Part shown: positions 36,928-44,160 of the stretch, piece by piece
Layout: every line of letters starts with the position of its first letter
How positions within the stretch are numbered: position 1 is the first letter of the stretch
Virus record (IMG/VR): IMGVR_UViG_3300023179_000138
Coordinates: 1 to 54,230 of that record
Strand: one strand, 5' to 3'
DNA: 54,230 bases
From: a virus
Taxonomy: Duplodnaviria; Caudoviricetes
Position numbers and translations under genes: made by a program
Notes under the pieces: generated by a model
The model's input: the letters and a program-made list of their open reading frames with translations, nothing else
What the model was told of the DNA's origin: nothing
The model's database searches: none

Positions 36928-38439
36928 TTATATCAAGTTGTTGATTCGTTTACCAATCCAATGCATGACTGGTACGGCCATTGAATTGCCCAAAGCCTTG
37001 TAGCGCGGGCCATCCGGTGCCTCCGGCTTGTTGCGCCACGGGATGTTGGTATAGCCATCAGGGAAACCCTGCAGCCGTTCGCACTCAGTTGGAGTCAGGC
37101 GGCGCACTTGCATGGCGGTCATCACGCCCATGCCCTTGTTGGTTCGCATCTGCGCCCCCGCTAGGATGTTCCCCGTGCAGTCGCCGGTCAGGTTGCAGTT
37201 GTCGATGTCCACGGCCACCGGCTGCGCGACGGCAAGATGGGCTGAGTAGTTGCTCCCGCACCGCATCGTAGGAGTTCCGTCTACAACGGCATCACCGCCA
37301 TAATCACAACGAGTGAACGCCACCGGCTGCGCGACACCCTGCGTGGCGTGCGTGTCCACCGTGTAGGCCGTGCCATCGTCATTCCATCCGCGCCCGTTCT
37401 GGTTCTTCTCAACGTCTCGCACATCCTGCAATGCAATGGGCTGCGCGACGGCCATCGGGTTCTTGGCCTGCAACGTCTGCACCAGATTGACATCGGTCTG
37501 CGGCGTAGACATCTGTGCGCCAAACGTGATGGGCTGCGCGATATGCTGGTCCTGATGTGTTGAGAGGGTAGACGCCAGCTCGTCGCTACCCAGATAACCT
37601 TTGCCGCCACCCTCGCAACCTTGGCGAACCTTGAAGGCGTGTGTGACTAAGTCGGTCGCGTCTTTCCAGTCCAGCGCCTTCATCGCACTCGCCGTGCCGT
37701 CATCGACGTACTCGCCGAACGCGACCATCCGCGCTGCGGTTATGGCTGCGGGTGGTGTTCCTGCTCCGCGACTGCGGCCAAGGCTTGCCTCAATGGTTCC
37801 GGCAACGCTTTGCCTCTTTTCTCGGCGCGGCGCAGAATCCCAGTACACGCTTTCGCCGACAGAAAAAAGCGCTCTGGCAGCGGACCAGTTTCCAGAACCT
37901 CGGACAGCGCACACAAAGACACGTCTGCGTCGTTGGGCCACTCCGAAGAATTGAGCATCGAGAACGCGCCATGCAACCGTGCGTCTCGGGCCAGAGACCA
38001 GACCCGCGTTGTCCCATCGTCCGTCTGGAACGAGGGGCTCACTTGCTCCGACAAGGCCTGCCAGAAAGCATCCAAAGGCGTTGTCTTTTGACGAGAGGAC
38101 GCCCGGCACGTTTTCCCAGACAACCCAGTTGGGGTCAAAGTAGTCTGCCATTTCGACAAAGGTGAGGGTGAGGTTTCCTCTGGAATCTGAAAGTCCTCCC
38201 CGAAGTCCAGCAACAGAGAAGGCTTGGCAGGGCGTTCCGCCGACGAGCAAGTCAACGTCTTCAACATTCCACTCCTTGAATTTGGTCATATCGCCCAAGT
38301 TAGGCACACCGGGGTAGTGGTGAGCCAGAACAGCACTTGGGAATGGCTCTATCTCGGCGAAACCTACTGGCGTCCAGCCCAGCGGGTGCCAAGCCACAGA
38401 GGCGGCTTCAATGCCAGAGCAAATTGATAAATATCGCAT
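36928..38439 (-). CDS. C5 cytosine DNA methyltransferase
   Basis: Motif I 'SICSGIEA', IV 'GGTPCQAFS', VI 'WENVPG', VIII 'QRRRRVF', then 'RRLTPTECERLQGFP' and 'YKALGNS'. Confidence 0.93.
   Translation of the reverse strand: MRYLSICSGIEAASVAWHPLGWTPVGFAEIEPFPSAVLAHHYPGVPNLGDMTKFKEWNVEDVDLLVGGTPCQAFSVAGLRGGLSDSRGNLTLTFVEMADYFDPNWVVWENVPGVLSSKDNAFGCFLAGLVGASEPLVPDGRWDNAGLVSGPRRTVAWRVLDAQFFGVAQRRRRVFVCAVRGSGNWSAARALFSVGESVYWDSAPRREKRQSVAGTIEASLGRSRGAGTPPAAITAARMVAFGEYVDDGTASAMKALDWKDATDLVTHAFKVRQGCEGGGKGYLGSDELASTLSTHQDQHIAQPITFGAQMSTPQTDVNLVQTLQAKNPMAVAQPIALQDVRDVEKNQNGRGWNDDGTAYTVDTHATQGVAQPVAFTRCDYGGDAVVDGTPTMRCGSNYSAHLAVAQPVAVDIDNCNLTGDCTGNILAGAQMRTNKGMGVMTAMQVRRLTPTECERLQGFPDGYTNIPWRNKPEAPDGPRYKALGNSMAVPVMHWIGKRINNLI
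37740..38267 (-). CDS. Nested alternative-frame ORF, M.EcoHK31I beta-subunit-like
   Basis: AAGGAG-TGGA-ATG start inside the MTase gene. 'LSEVLETGPLPERFFLSAKACTGILRRAEKRGKALPEPL' resembles the beta polypeptide as I recall it. Confidence 0.65.
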   Translation of the reverse strand: MLKTLTCSSAERPAKPSLLLDFGEDFQIPEETSPSPLSKWQTTLTPTGLSGKTCRASSRQKTTPLDAFWQALSEQVSPSFQTDDGTTRVWSLARDARLHGAFSMLNSSEWPNDADVSLCALSEVLETGPLPERFFLSAKACTGILRRAEKRGKALPEPLRQALAAVAEQEHHPQP

Positions 38440-38476
38440 AAATCCTCGCATACGGTTACAAGACCGTACTAAGAAT

Positions 38477-38659
38477 TTAACCCACGGTTACATCGGCGTC
38501 AACGTGTTTAACAATCCAAACGCGGGCCATGCGGCCGTGGTGCAGGGAATCACTGAGCTGCTCGTCTGCCTTCTCAAAGTCACCGCGGTTTAGGCTCTCT
38601 GAGGCGTCACGCAGGTTCTGTTCAGCGCGGATCAGGTGATACGACCAGTCATAGTCCAT
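38477..38659 (-). CDS. Hypothetical protein
   Basis: 60 aa with AAGGA RBS. Confidence 0.6.
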   Translation of the reverse strand: MDYDWSYHLIRAEQNLRDASESLNRGDFEKADEQLSDSLHHGRMARVWIVKHVDADVTVG

Positions 38660-38739
38660 TTGGAATCCTTGTCAAATTAGTAGGAAAAATGCAACATCCG
38701 TCCGCGACTATGTCGAAATCCTTTAAGGGACAGGACGTT

Positions 38740-39891
38740 ATGAAACACTTGAGAGAGTTTGCTACGGTACGAGATCATGAGATCTTAGATACGATTGAAG
38801 AGCACGGCACCCAAGTTTTGGCGGCTAAGGCTCTTGGGATCTCCACACGGTCTGTCGAGCGTTGTATTCAGCGGCTCAAGATTCGTGCGGCCCGCCGGGG
38901 GATGAGCCCAGAGCATGACATGGTGCATATGGTCCCTGATGGCTTCATCGTCAAAGGCGTGAGTACGTATTATAACCGAGACGGTCGCCCGTCCGGTCAG
39001 TGGGTCAAGTCCACACAGGACAAACGCAACGCCCGCGACATTCAAGAAGCTTTCCTCGACGCCTTCAAAGACGACATCGTCCGAGTAGCCCCAACTAACC
39101 CCGGAACGCAAGAACCAGACGAACGCCTACTGAACACTTTTGTGTACGGTGACCCGCACATTGGCCAAAGGTCATGGTGGGAGGAAACGGGGCACGACCA
39201 TGATCTCCATAACGCCGAGCAGCTGTTCACCAAAGCTCACGACGATCTGGTCGAGCGATCGCCGGCCGCGACCACAGCTCTCATCCTAAACCTTGGGGAC
39301 TACTTCCACGCAGACGATGGCCAGAACCGCACCATGCGCAGCGGGCACCATCTAGATGTCGATGGCAGATACCAGAAGGTCCGCCGGGTTGGATTTAGGA
39401 TCCTGCGCTCCATGATCCAGATGTGCCTGCGCCGGCATCACAAGGTTGTCGTCTGGAACATCATTGGGAACCACGACGACTACTCGGCGGTAGATCTGTC
39501 CCTCTGGCTGCAGGTTGCCTATGAGAATGAGCCGAGGGTTCACATTGAGACTTCGGCCAACAAGTTTTACTACCTGCAGTTTGGCAAGGTGATGCTGGCC
39601 GCTACCCATGGCGACACGGTCCGGCAGGAACAGATGCTAGGCATCATGGCGGCCGACCAGCCTGCTATGTGGGGACAGTGCCAGTACAGATACGCCCACA
39701 TGGGCCATGTCCACCACAAGTCGCTTAGGGATCTTCCCGGCGTCTCGGTCGAGACCCACCGGGTTCTGCAGCCCTCGGATCTCTGGGCTCACAATGCCGG
39801 CTATCGCAGCCAGCGTGACGCACAATGCATCACTTACCACTGGGATCACGGCGAGTACGCCCGGACCATCGTCAACCCCAGCATGATATGA
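38740..39891 (+). CDS. HTH plus calcineurin-like metallophosphoesterase
   Basis: 'GDPHIG', 'LGDYFH', 'GNHD', 'THGD', 'MGHVHH'; N-terminal 'AAKALGISTRSVER' HTH. Start is 38689 or 38740. Confidence 0.85.
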   Translation: MKHLREFATVRDHEILDTIEEHGTQVLAAKALGISTRSVERCIQRLKIRAARRGMSPEHDMVHMVPDGFIVKGVSTYYNRDGRPSGQWVKSTQDKRNARDIQEAFLDAFKDDIVRVAPTNPGTQEPDERLLNTFVYGDPHIGQRSWWEETGHDHDLHNAEQLFTKAHDDLVERSPAATTALILNLGDYFHADDGQNRTMRSGHHLDVDGRYQKVRRVGFRILRSMIQMCLRRHHKVVVWNIIGNHDDYSAVDLSLWLQVAYENEPRVHIETSANKFYYLQFGKVMLAATHGDTVRQEQMLGIMAADQPAMWGQCQYRYAHMGHVHHKSLRDLPGVSVETHRVLQPSDLWAHNAGYRSQRDAQCITYHWDHGEYARTIVNPSMI

Positions 39892-39894
39892 AAC

Positions 39895-39914
39895 GGGCGG
39901 TCTAGCCGCCCGGT
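39895..39914. terminator. Hairpin between convergent genes
   Basis: CGGGCGG-TCTAG-CCGCCCG. Confidence 0.55.
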
Positions 39915-39917
39915 CCA

Positions 39918-40091
39918 TCACTCTTCGTCTTCTTCGTCTTCGTCATCAATCTCAACTTCAAGCGACGAGACAACCCAGCTTTCGTCCTTGTCGTCGGCCT
40001 CTTCGGTAGCAGCAGCTTGAAGAGCATCGCCGGCGGTTTCGGCGTCGATGAAGTACTCAAACTTCACCATGTTGACAATGTGGAACAGCAT
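39918..40091 (-). CDS. Small, highly acidic protein
   Basis: 57 aa from ATG 40091; 21 Asp/Glu. Confidence 0.6.
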   Translation of the reverse strand: MLFHIVNMVKFEYFIDAETAGDALQAAATEEADDKDESWVVSSLEVEIDDEDEEDEE

Positions 40092-40212
40092 AAGAACCCC
40101 CTGTTGGTTAGCGCGGCTGCGCAATCAAATGGTAACGCCACTGTATGACTGATTGGTTGCACTCAATTGGTTGCATTGGTGTCACCAATTCCAGCAACTT
40201 GGCGGCATTTTG

Positions 40213-40293
40213 TTATATGAACCAGATCATCACCATGATGGCGCAAATGGCGATCGAGCCCAAGATCTTCTCAACCAGCGTCTCCTCATTCAC
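40213..40293 (-). CDS. 26-aa membrane peptide (not in ORF track)
   Basis: GTG start with AAGGAG RBS; MNEETLVEKILGSIAICAIMVMIWFI. Confidence 0.5.
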   Translation of the reverse strand: MNEETLVEKILGSIAICAIMVMIWFI

Positions 40294-40480
40294 AGTTGAA
40301 CTCCTTCCTGATGTACTCCTCGGTGCCTCCGGTGTAGAAGCTTAGAACTGCAATCAGGTGAGGCAGCAGCTCTTTGTCTTCCGGATCCTCGGAATCTACT
40401 GAGAACCGGATGTCCTGTTCCAACATCTCAACCATCAGCTCTTGGACCGCGTCCCATCCAACCTCAATCGTCAGCTTCAT
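40286..40480 (-). CDS. Hypothetical protein
   Basis: MKLTIEVGWD...; GGAG RBS; overlapping chain of early genes. Confidence 0.65.
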   Translation of the reverse strand: MKLTIEVGWDAVQELMVEMLEQDIRFSVDSEDPEDKELLPHLIAVLSFYTGGTEEYIRKEFNCE

Positions 40481-40706
40481 GGACATCTCCGTCTCGGAAC
40501 TCCACCTCGCCCATGTACTTGCAGCAGCGGTGTACGTTTTTGGGTGACATGTACATCGAGCCCTCTTGGCGCTCAAGTTCAGTAGAGCCAAGGTAGGTCA
40601 TAAGCACCTCTTGGTTCTTGTAGCTGCAACGAAGGACATAAGCCTTGCGGCCGCTGGGCATCTCATACAGCTGGCGCTTCGAGATAGTTCTGACGATGTT
40701 TCTCAT
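40464..40706 (-). CDS. Hypothetical protein
   Basis: 80 aa; ATGA overlap with the upstream gene. Confidence 0.6.
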   Translation of the reverse strand: MRNIVRTISKRQLYEMPSGRKAYVLRCSYKNQEVLMTYLGSTELERQEGSMYMSPKNVHRCCKYMGEVEFRDGDVHEADD

Positions 40707-41044
40707 TTCTCTCCCCTTGCTCTGATTGCTCCGGCAATCTCAAAATTTTCGCCATCCCAAGTGCCGCCTTGAGTCTCAAGTGCTACGGCGCAAGCTTCAC
40801 GCTCCGCAGCAGCGACCAGCTCGGCAAAGCGTTCAAGTGCTTTCATATAAATACCGTCACGGTTTGTTGTAGTTACTAACTGGCACTCAACAGCCATGCG
40901 GATGATGTCATCTCGATTCATTGTTGTTCTCCACGCCTTCGCGCATTCCTCACGCTCCGCTTCCACACAATCCATAACTAACTTCATAACCCACGGCGGT
41001 ACATCTCTGTGCCCCGCCATTCGGATGATGTCCTCTCGAGTCAT
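40703..41044 (-). CDS. Hypothetical protein with two 'DIIRMA...AERExCA' modules
   Basis: Internal duplication is visible in the translation. Confidence 0.7.
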   Translation of the reverse strand: MTREDIIRMAGHRDVPPWVMKLVMDCVEAEREECAKAWRTTMNRDDIIRMAVECQLVTTTNRDGIYMKALERFAELVAAAEREACAVALETQGGTWDGENFEIAGAIRARGEK

Positions 41045-41238
41045 TGCTCCTCCACGGTAACGGTGTACTTCTTGCCATTGATGTCGGTCACTTCAAACTT
41101 CTTGGCGGTGCTGCGGAAGGCTCCGCTCTCGTCAAGATCCAGCCGCACCGGACCGGCGGCGTAGATGAGGTTCTGGGCGTCGTTGTTCTGCAGCGTGGTG
41201 CGGCAGAGGTGGGCGATGTAGTCACAGTAAGCAAGCAT
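41041..41238 (-). CDS. Hypothetical protein
   Basis: 65 aa with GAGGAG RBS. Confidence 0.7.
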   Translation of the reverse strand: MLAYCDYIAHLCRTTLQNNDAQNLIYAAGPVRLDLDESGAFRSTAKKFEVTDINGKKYTVTVEEQ

Positions 41239-41248
41239 GTCATTCTCC

Positions 41249-41458
41249 TCAGAAGGGGCCGTGCAGGCTATCGGGTGCGTTGAGTTCTTCGTTGCGGACT
41301 GCGGCGTAGGCCGCCTGCTTCACTTCTTCGTCGCACTCACCAAAGTCGGGCGCGTCGATGATGGTCTGCAGGGCATGCCAGTACTCCTCGTCCACGCCAA
41401 AACCACGCCAGAGTGTGTCAGTGACGATGTCATGGGCGTGTGCAGTGCGCGGGCTCAT
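41249..41458 (-). CDS. Hypothetical protein
   Basis: 69 aa, coupled to the upstream gene. Confidence 0.65.
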   Translation of the reverse strand: MSPRTAHAHDIVTDTLWRGFGVDEEYWHALQTIIDAPDFGECDEEVKQAAYAAVRNEELNAPDSLHGPF

Positions 41459-41697
41459 GCTGACACCTTCAGGGCCTTCTGGGCCTGCTTGTACAGGGCA
41501 CGGTACACCTCGATGCTGATGGCTTGGCTGTAGTAGCCGCCGGTTAGGTGTTCTCGGACAAATTGGGCGCTAGGTCCGCAGATGCTGCGGTCGGCGGACA
41601 GGCTGTCGTACAGCCGCTGTGCGTAATCCGGGTGCATCTGCTTGACGTTGCGGCTAAGGTGGCGCTTCCATGCGGGCGTGGTCATGTCGTTCTCCAT
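41455..41697 (-). CDS. Early hypothetical protein
   Basis: First gene after promoter cassette 2. The true start is probably the MTTPAW ATG (GGAG RBS). Confidence 0.65.
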   Translation of the reverse strand: MENDMTTPAWKRHLSRNVKQMHPDYAQRLYDSLSADRSICGPSAQFVREHLTGGYYSQAISIEVYRALYKQAQKALKVSA

Positions 41698-41717
41698 ATC
41701 CGGTTAAGTACCGTAGA

Positions 41718-41767
41718 TGTAACTTTAAGTTAGACAACACAATCAGCACAGTGAATCTTTTGTTACA
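41718..41767 (-). promoter_or_regulatory. Early promoter cassette, copy 2
   Basis: TGTAACAAAAGATTCACTG...TAAAGTTACA; 50 bp. Confidence 0.75.
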
Positions 41768-41982
41768 CGTTCGCCACGGCTTGCAATCGACGGCTCCGCA
41801 TAGGTGTCGTCAGATCGGTAGTAGTTACGCTTCACCGTGCTCCCGGCCGGAACCATCTCCGGGGCGTCGATGCAGTAGGCGTAGGCCATCACAGCTAGGC
41901 ACATTGGATGCCGCATATCGACTTCATCCATGGCGTTAAAGCTGGCGCCGGTGCGGGCATCCTTGTGATCTCGATACTTCAT
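41743..41982 (-). CDS. Hypothetical protein
   Basis: 79 aa. Its 3' end runs into promoter cassette 2. Confidence 0.55.
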   Translation of the reverse strand: MKYRDHKDARTGASFNAMDEVDMRHPMCLAVMAYAYCIDAPEMVPAGSTVKRNYYRSDDTYAEPSIASRGERVTKDSLC

Positions 41983-42071
41983 TTCAAACCCTTCAGGTAG
42001 TCGTCAATCTTTGAGTCGCTCCAGCCAAGCTTCTTGAGAGCCTTGACCAGAGCTTCGTGGAAAGAGGTCAT
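41979..42071 (-). CDS. 30-aa peptide (not in ORF track)
   Basis: MTSFHEALVKALKKLGWSDSKIDDYLKGLK; ATGA overlap with the next gene. Confidence 0.6.
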   Translation of the reverse strand: MTSFHEALVKALKKLGWSDSKIDDYLKGLK

Positions 42072-42079
42072 GATGTCTC

Positions 42080-42280
42080 TCACCGCTTGTCGAGTTGGAT
42101 TTCATAGACAACATCGTCGTAATCACTGGTGTTAGCCAGCGCCTCGAGGTCATCCTCATTGAGCATCGTTCCGTCTTCAAACTCGGCGTATGAGATGTAC
42201 GCATCTGCAATCCCACGCGGGTGGTAGATGCCAGACAGCTCGATGGTGCTCCACTTAATCTTGCGGCCGTTGAGTTCCAT
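42080..42280 (-). CDS. Small acidic hypothetical protein
   Basis: 'DAYISYAEFEDGT.L.EDDLEAL'; GGAGG RBS. Confidence 0.75.
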   Translation of the reverse strand: MELNGRKIKWSTIELSGIYHPRGIADAYISYAEFEDGTMLNEDDLEALANTSDYDDVVYEIQLDKR

Positions 42281-42281
42281 G

Positions 42282-42479
42282 TCAGCCTCCCAAAATGGTA
42301 ATCACGAACGGCGATTGATCAAGCTCATGTTGCTGCATCCCGTATATAAAGCCCAGCTCGAACACAGAGATCTCAGGATCGTCCGTCACAACCTCGGGGC
42401 CAATCTGCTCATAGGTCTCGGGATCCCTCATGTGAGCAGCCCACATACCCTCTTCGTTCTTGTAGCAGTGCAATTTCAT
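42282..42479 (-). CDS. Hypothetical protein
   Basis: GGAGACTGACATG start at 42479. Confidence 0.65.
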   Translation of the reverse strand: MKLHCYKNEEGMWAAHMRDPETYEQIGPEVVTDDPEISVFELGFIYGMQQHELDQSPFVITILGG

Positions 42480-42520
42480 GTCAGTCTCCAAATAAAACCC
42501 CCGGTAGGGGGTTCTCCGAT

Positions 42521-42805
42521 TTATTTGCTGGTGGTCTTGATGCTGAACACGGCGGTCGTCTTGGTGTAACGAGCGATCGCATCAGCCGGGATGTTGAACT
42601 CGGAGGCAAGAGCCTTCCAATCAACCGAAGAGCGGTTGGCTTCAACGTAGGTGGACTTGAAGAGGTTGCCCTCGAACACGGTGGGGCCACCGGCGCTAGC
42701 AACATCCTTGAGCTGGTCCTTGATTGCATCTGCCTGAGCGGTCAGGTCAGCAATCTGAGCCAGCAAAACGCCCAGCTCGTCAACTTGGGTGAGGGTACGG
42801 TCCAT
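42521..42805 (-). CDS. Early hypothetical protein
   Basis: 'VDELGVLLAQIADL...VDWKALA'; first gene after promoter cassette 3. Confidence 0.8.
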   Translation of the reverse strand: MDRTLTQVDELGVLLAQIADLTAQADAIKDQLKDVASAGGPTVFEGNLFKSTYVEANRSSVDWKALASEFNIPADAIARYTKTTAVFSIKTTSK

Positions 42806-42845
42806 GTCAGTCTCCTTAAGTTATGTCCGGCGTCGCTGCCGTAGG

Positions 42846-42895
42846 TGTAACTCTAAGTAAGACTGTCCAAAGAATACAGTGAATCTTTTGTTACA
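42846..42895 (-). promoter_or_regulatory. Early promoter cassette, copy 3
   Basis: TGTAACAAAAGATTCACTG...TAGAGTTACA; 50 bp. A CCGCCC-TTGTT-GGGCGG-TTTT terminator lies just upstream (42900-42920). Confidence 0.75.
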
Positions 42896-42938
42896 AAAGA
42901 AAACCGCCCAACAAGGGCGGCAGGTACTCGAGGAACGG

Positions 42939-43076
42939 TTACGCCATCAACATGAAGCACCAACCACACACGGTCACGGACCACCAACCCACAGTACGCT
43001 CGAAGTTCAACCAGAACTTAGGGTTGCGCATACCGTGCGGTACATCTTCCCAAAGGTTCAGCACAGTCACTTTCAT
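42939..43076 (-). CDS. 45-aa Trp-rich peptide (not in ORF track)
   Basis: MKVTVLNLWEDVPHGMRNPKFWLNFERTVGWWSVTVCGWCFMLMA; ATGA overlap. Confidence 0.5.
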   Translation of the reverse strand: MKVTVLNLWEDVPHGMRNPKFWLNFERTVGWWSVTVCGWCFMLMA

Positions 43077-43249
43077 TTCATCACCATAAAAAGGATAGGA
43101 ATGGAAACAACAGCAGCCAGACAGATCTTCGACCAGATCGGGTTCTCACTCTCTTCCACATACAGAGGAGCATCCCACCCATAAGCTTCCTTCATCGACC
43201 GGGCAATCCGGTAGTCACTTGCTCTGTACTCAGTAAACTTATTCATCAT
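43073..43249 (-). CDS. Small protein with a C-terminal TM helix
   Basis: 'RSMKEAYG' plus a hydrophobic tail; AAGGGGG RBS. Confidence 0.65.
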   Translation of the reverse strand: MMNKFTEYRASDYRIARSMKEAYGWDAPLYVEESENPIWSKICLAAVVSIPILFMVMK

Positions 43250-43269
43250 TACCCCCTTATTAGTTATTA

Positions 43270-43625
43270 GTAACCTACCCATGCTGGTGGAACGCACCTA
43301 GCCTAATCCCTAAGTGCCTTCAACTGTCTACCCACGCCGGAGCCAACAGCACCCGCCAGACGTTCGATCAGGGGCTCTGGCTTCGCCACCCCCCGCGCAT
43401 CTCAGACCTAACCCCACAGTGCGCGTATCCCTAGACCCCTGCCGTATCTCGCCGACAAGCCTAGCGGTCCTCCAAAAGCAAAACCCCGATACATTGATAG
43501 AGGCTTGGCCCTTGGCTTGGGCAACTCTGGACACGGAATCTCGGTAACGTGTTGCAGAGCCACACAAGCCCCTATCAATACACCGGGGTCTTCCGAGATT
43601 CGGTGTCTAGGTGCCACCCCAGACA
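43270..43625 (-). ncRNA. Candidate structured non-coding RNA / replication-origin region
   Basis: No credible CDS. It has a 24-bp helix whose four deviations are all G-U on the minus strand, a crossing 18-bp helix, a U-tract, a G-rich 3' half and an upstream sigma70-type promoter. Confidence 0.6.
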
Positions 43626-43631
43626 GGTCGG

Positions 43632-43660
43632 ACGTTATACAACCCGAGAGAGCGTGTCAA
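43632..43660 (-). promoter_or_regulatory. Sigma70-type promoter
   Basis: TTGACA (43660-43655), N17, TAACGT (43637-43632). Confidence 0.65.
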
Positions 43661-43910
43661 GCACCTTGGCAATCGTATCGTTCAGCACAGACATCTCTGT
43701 GGCCTTCATGACCGACCAGATGCGCTTCTGCCCATGGATCCCATTGTGGGACCCCTGATGGCAGTCCTTGCATAGAGGGATGCACAGGTACTGCTTGTGC
43801 TGCTCTATGTGGTGCGCATCGCTAGGACCAGCTGCCCCGCATACTCCGCAGGGCATCTCCTTGATCCGTTGCATGTAACGCCTCTCGGCCGCGTTCAGCT
43901 TGTTGTTCAT
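43635..43910 (-). CDS. HNH-like Zn nuclease (Ref/DUF968-like)
   Basis: 'PCGVCG', 'AHHI', 'IPLCKDCHQG...GIHG'. Confidence 0.75.
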   Translation of the reverse strand: MNNKLNAAERRYMQRIKEMPCGVCGAAGPSDAHHIEQHKQYLCIPLCKDCHQGSHNGIHGQKRIWSVMKATEMSVLNDTIAKVLDTLSRVV

Positions 43911-44160
43911 AGCTTGCTGATGATCTTGCGCCGGGTGGATGAAAAGCAGTGCCCATCTTGTGCGTACAGAGACCCGGTGACGATGTCTGCCCAGACCTTC
44001 TCTACGCGGCCCACCCACGCAATCAGCGGGGCCACCTTGATCTTCGACTCACCACATATACCCTTCACTGTGGCGTTCTTAATCTTCGGCTCAGTCCGCA
44101 AGAACCCCAGCAGGTTCTCATACGTCAGGCACAGACCGTCCTCAGACGTTGGCCAAATCT
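43907..44160 (-). CDS. Possible hypothetical protein (no canonical start found)
   Basis: An open frame fills the gap and ends with an ATGA overlap; 'WADIVTGSLY'. Confidence 0.4.

Noticed and set aside
43314-43617. Short ORFs across the structured region (43314-43547, 43328-43567, 43408-43617)
   Set aside because: They have no RBS or protein-like features, and the G-U-preserving helix points to RNA-level constraint instead.
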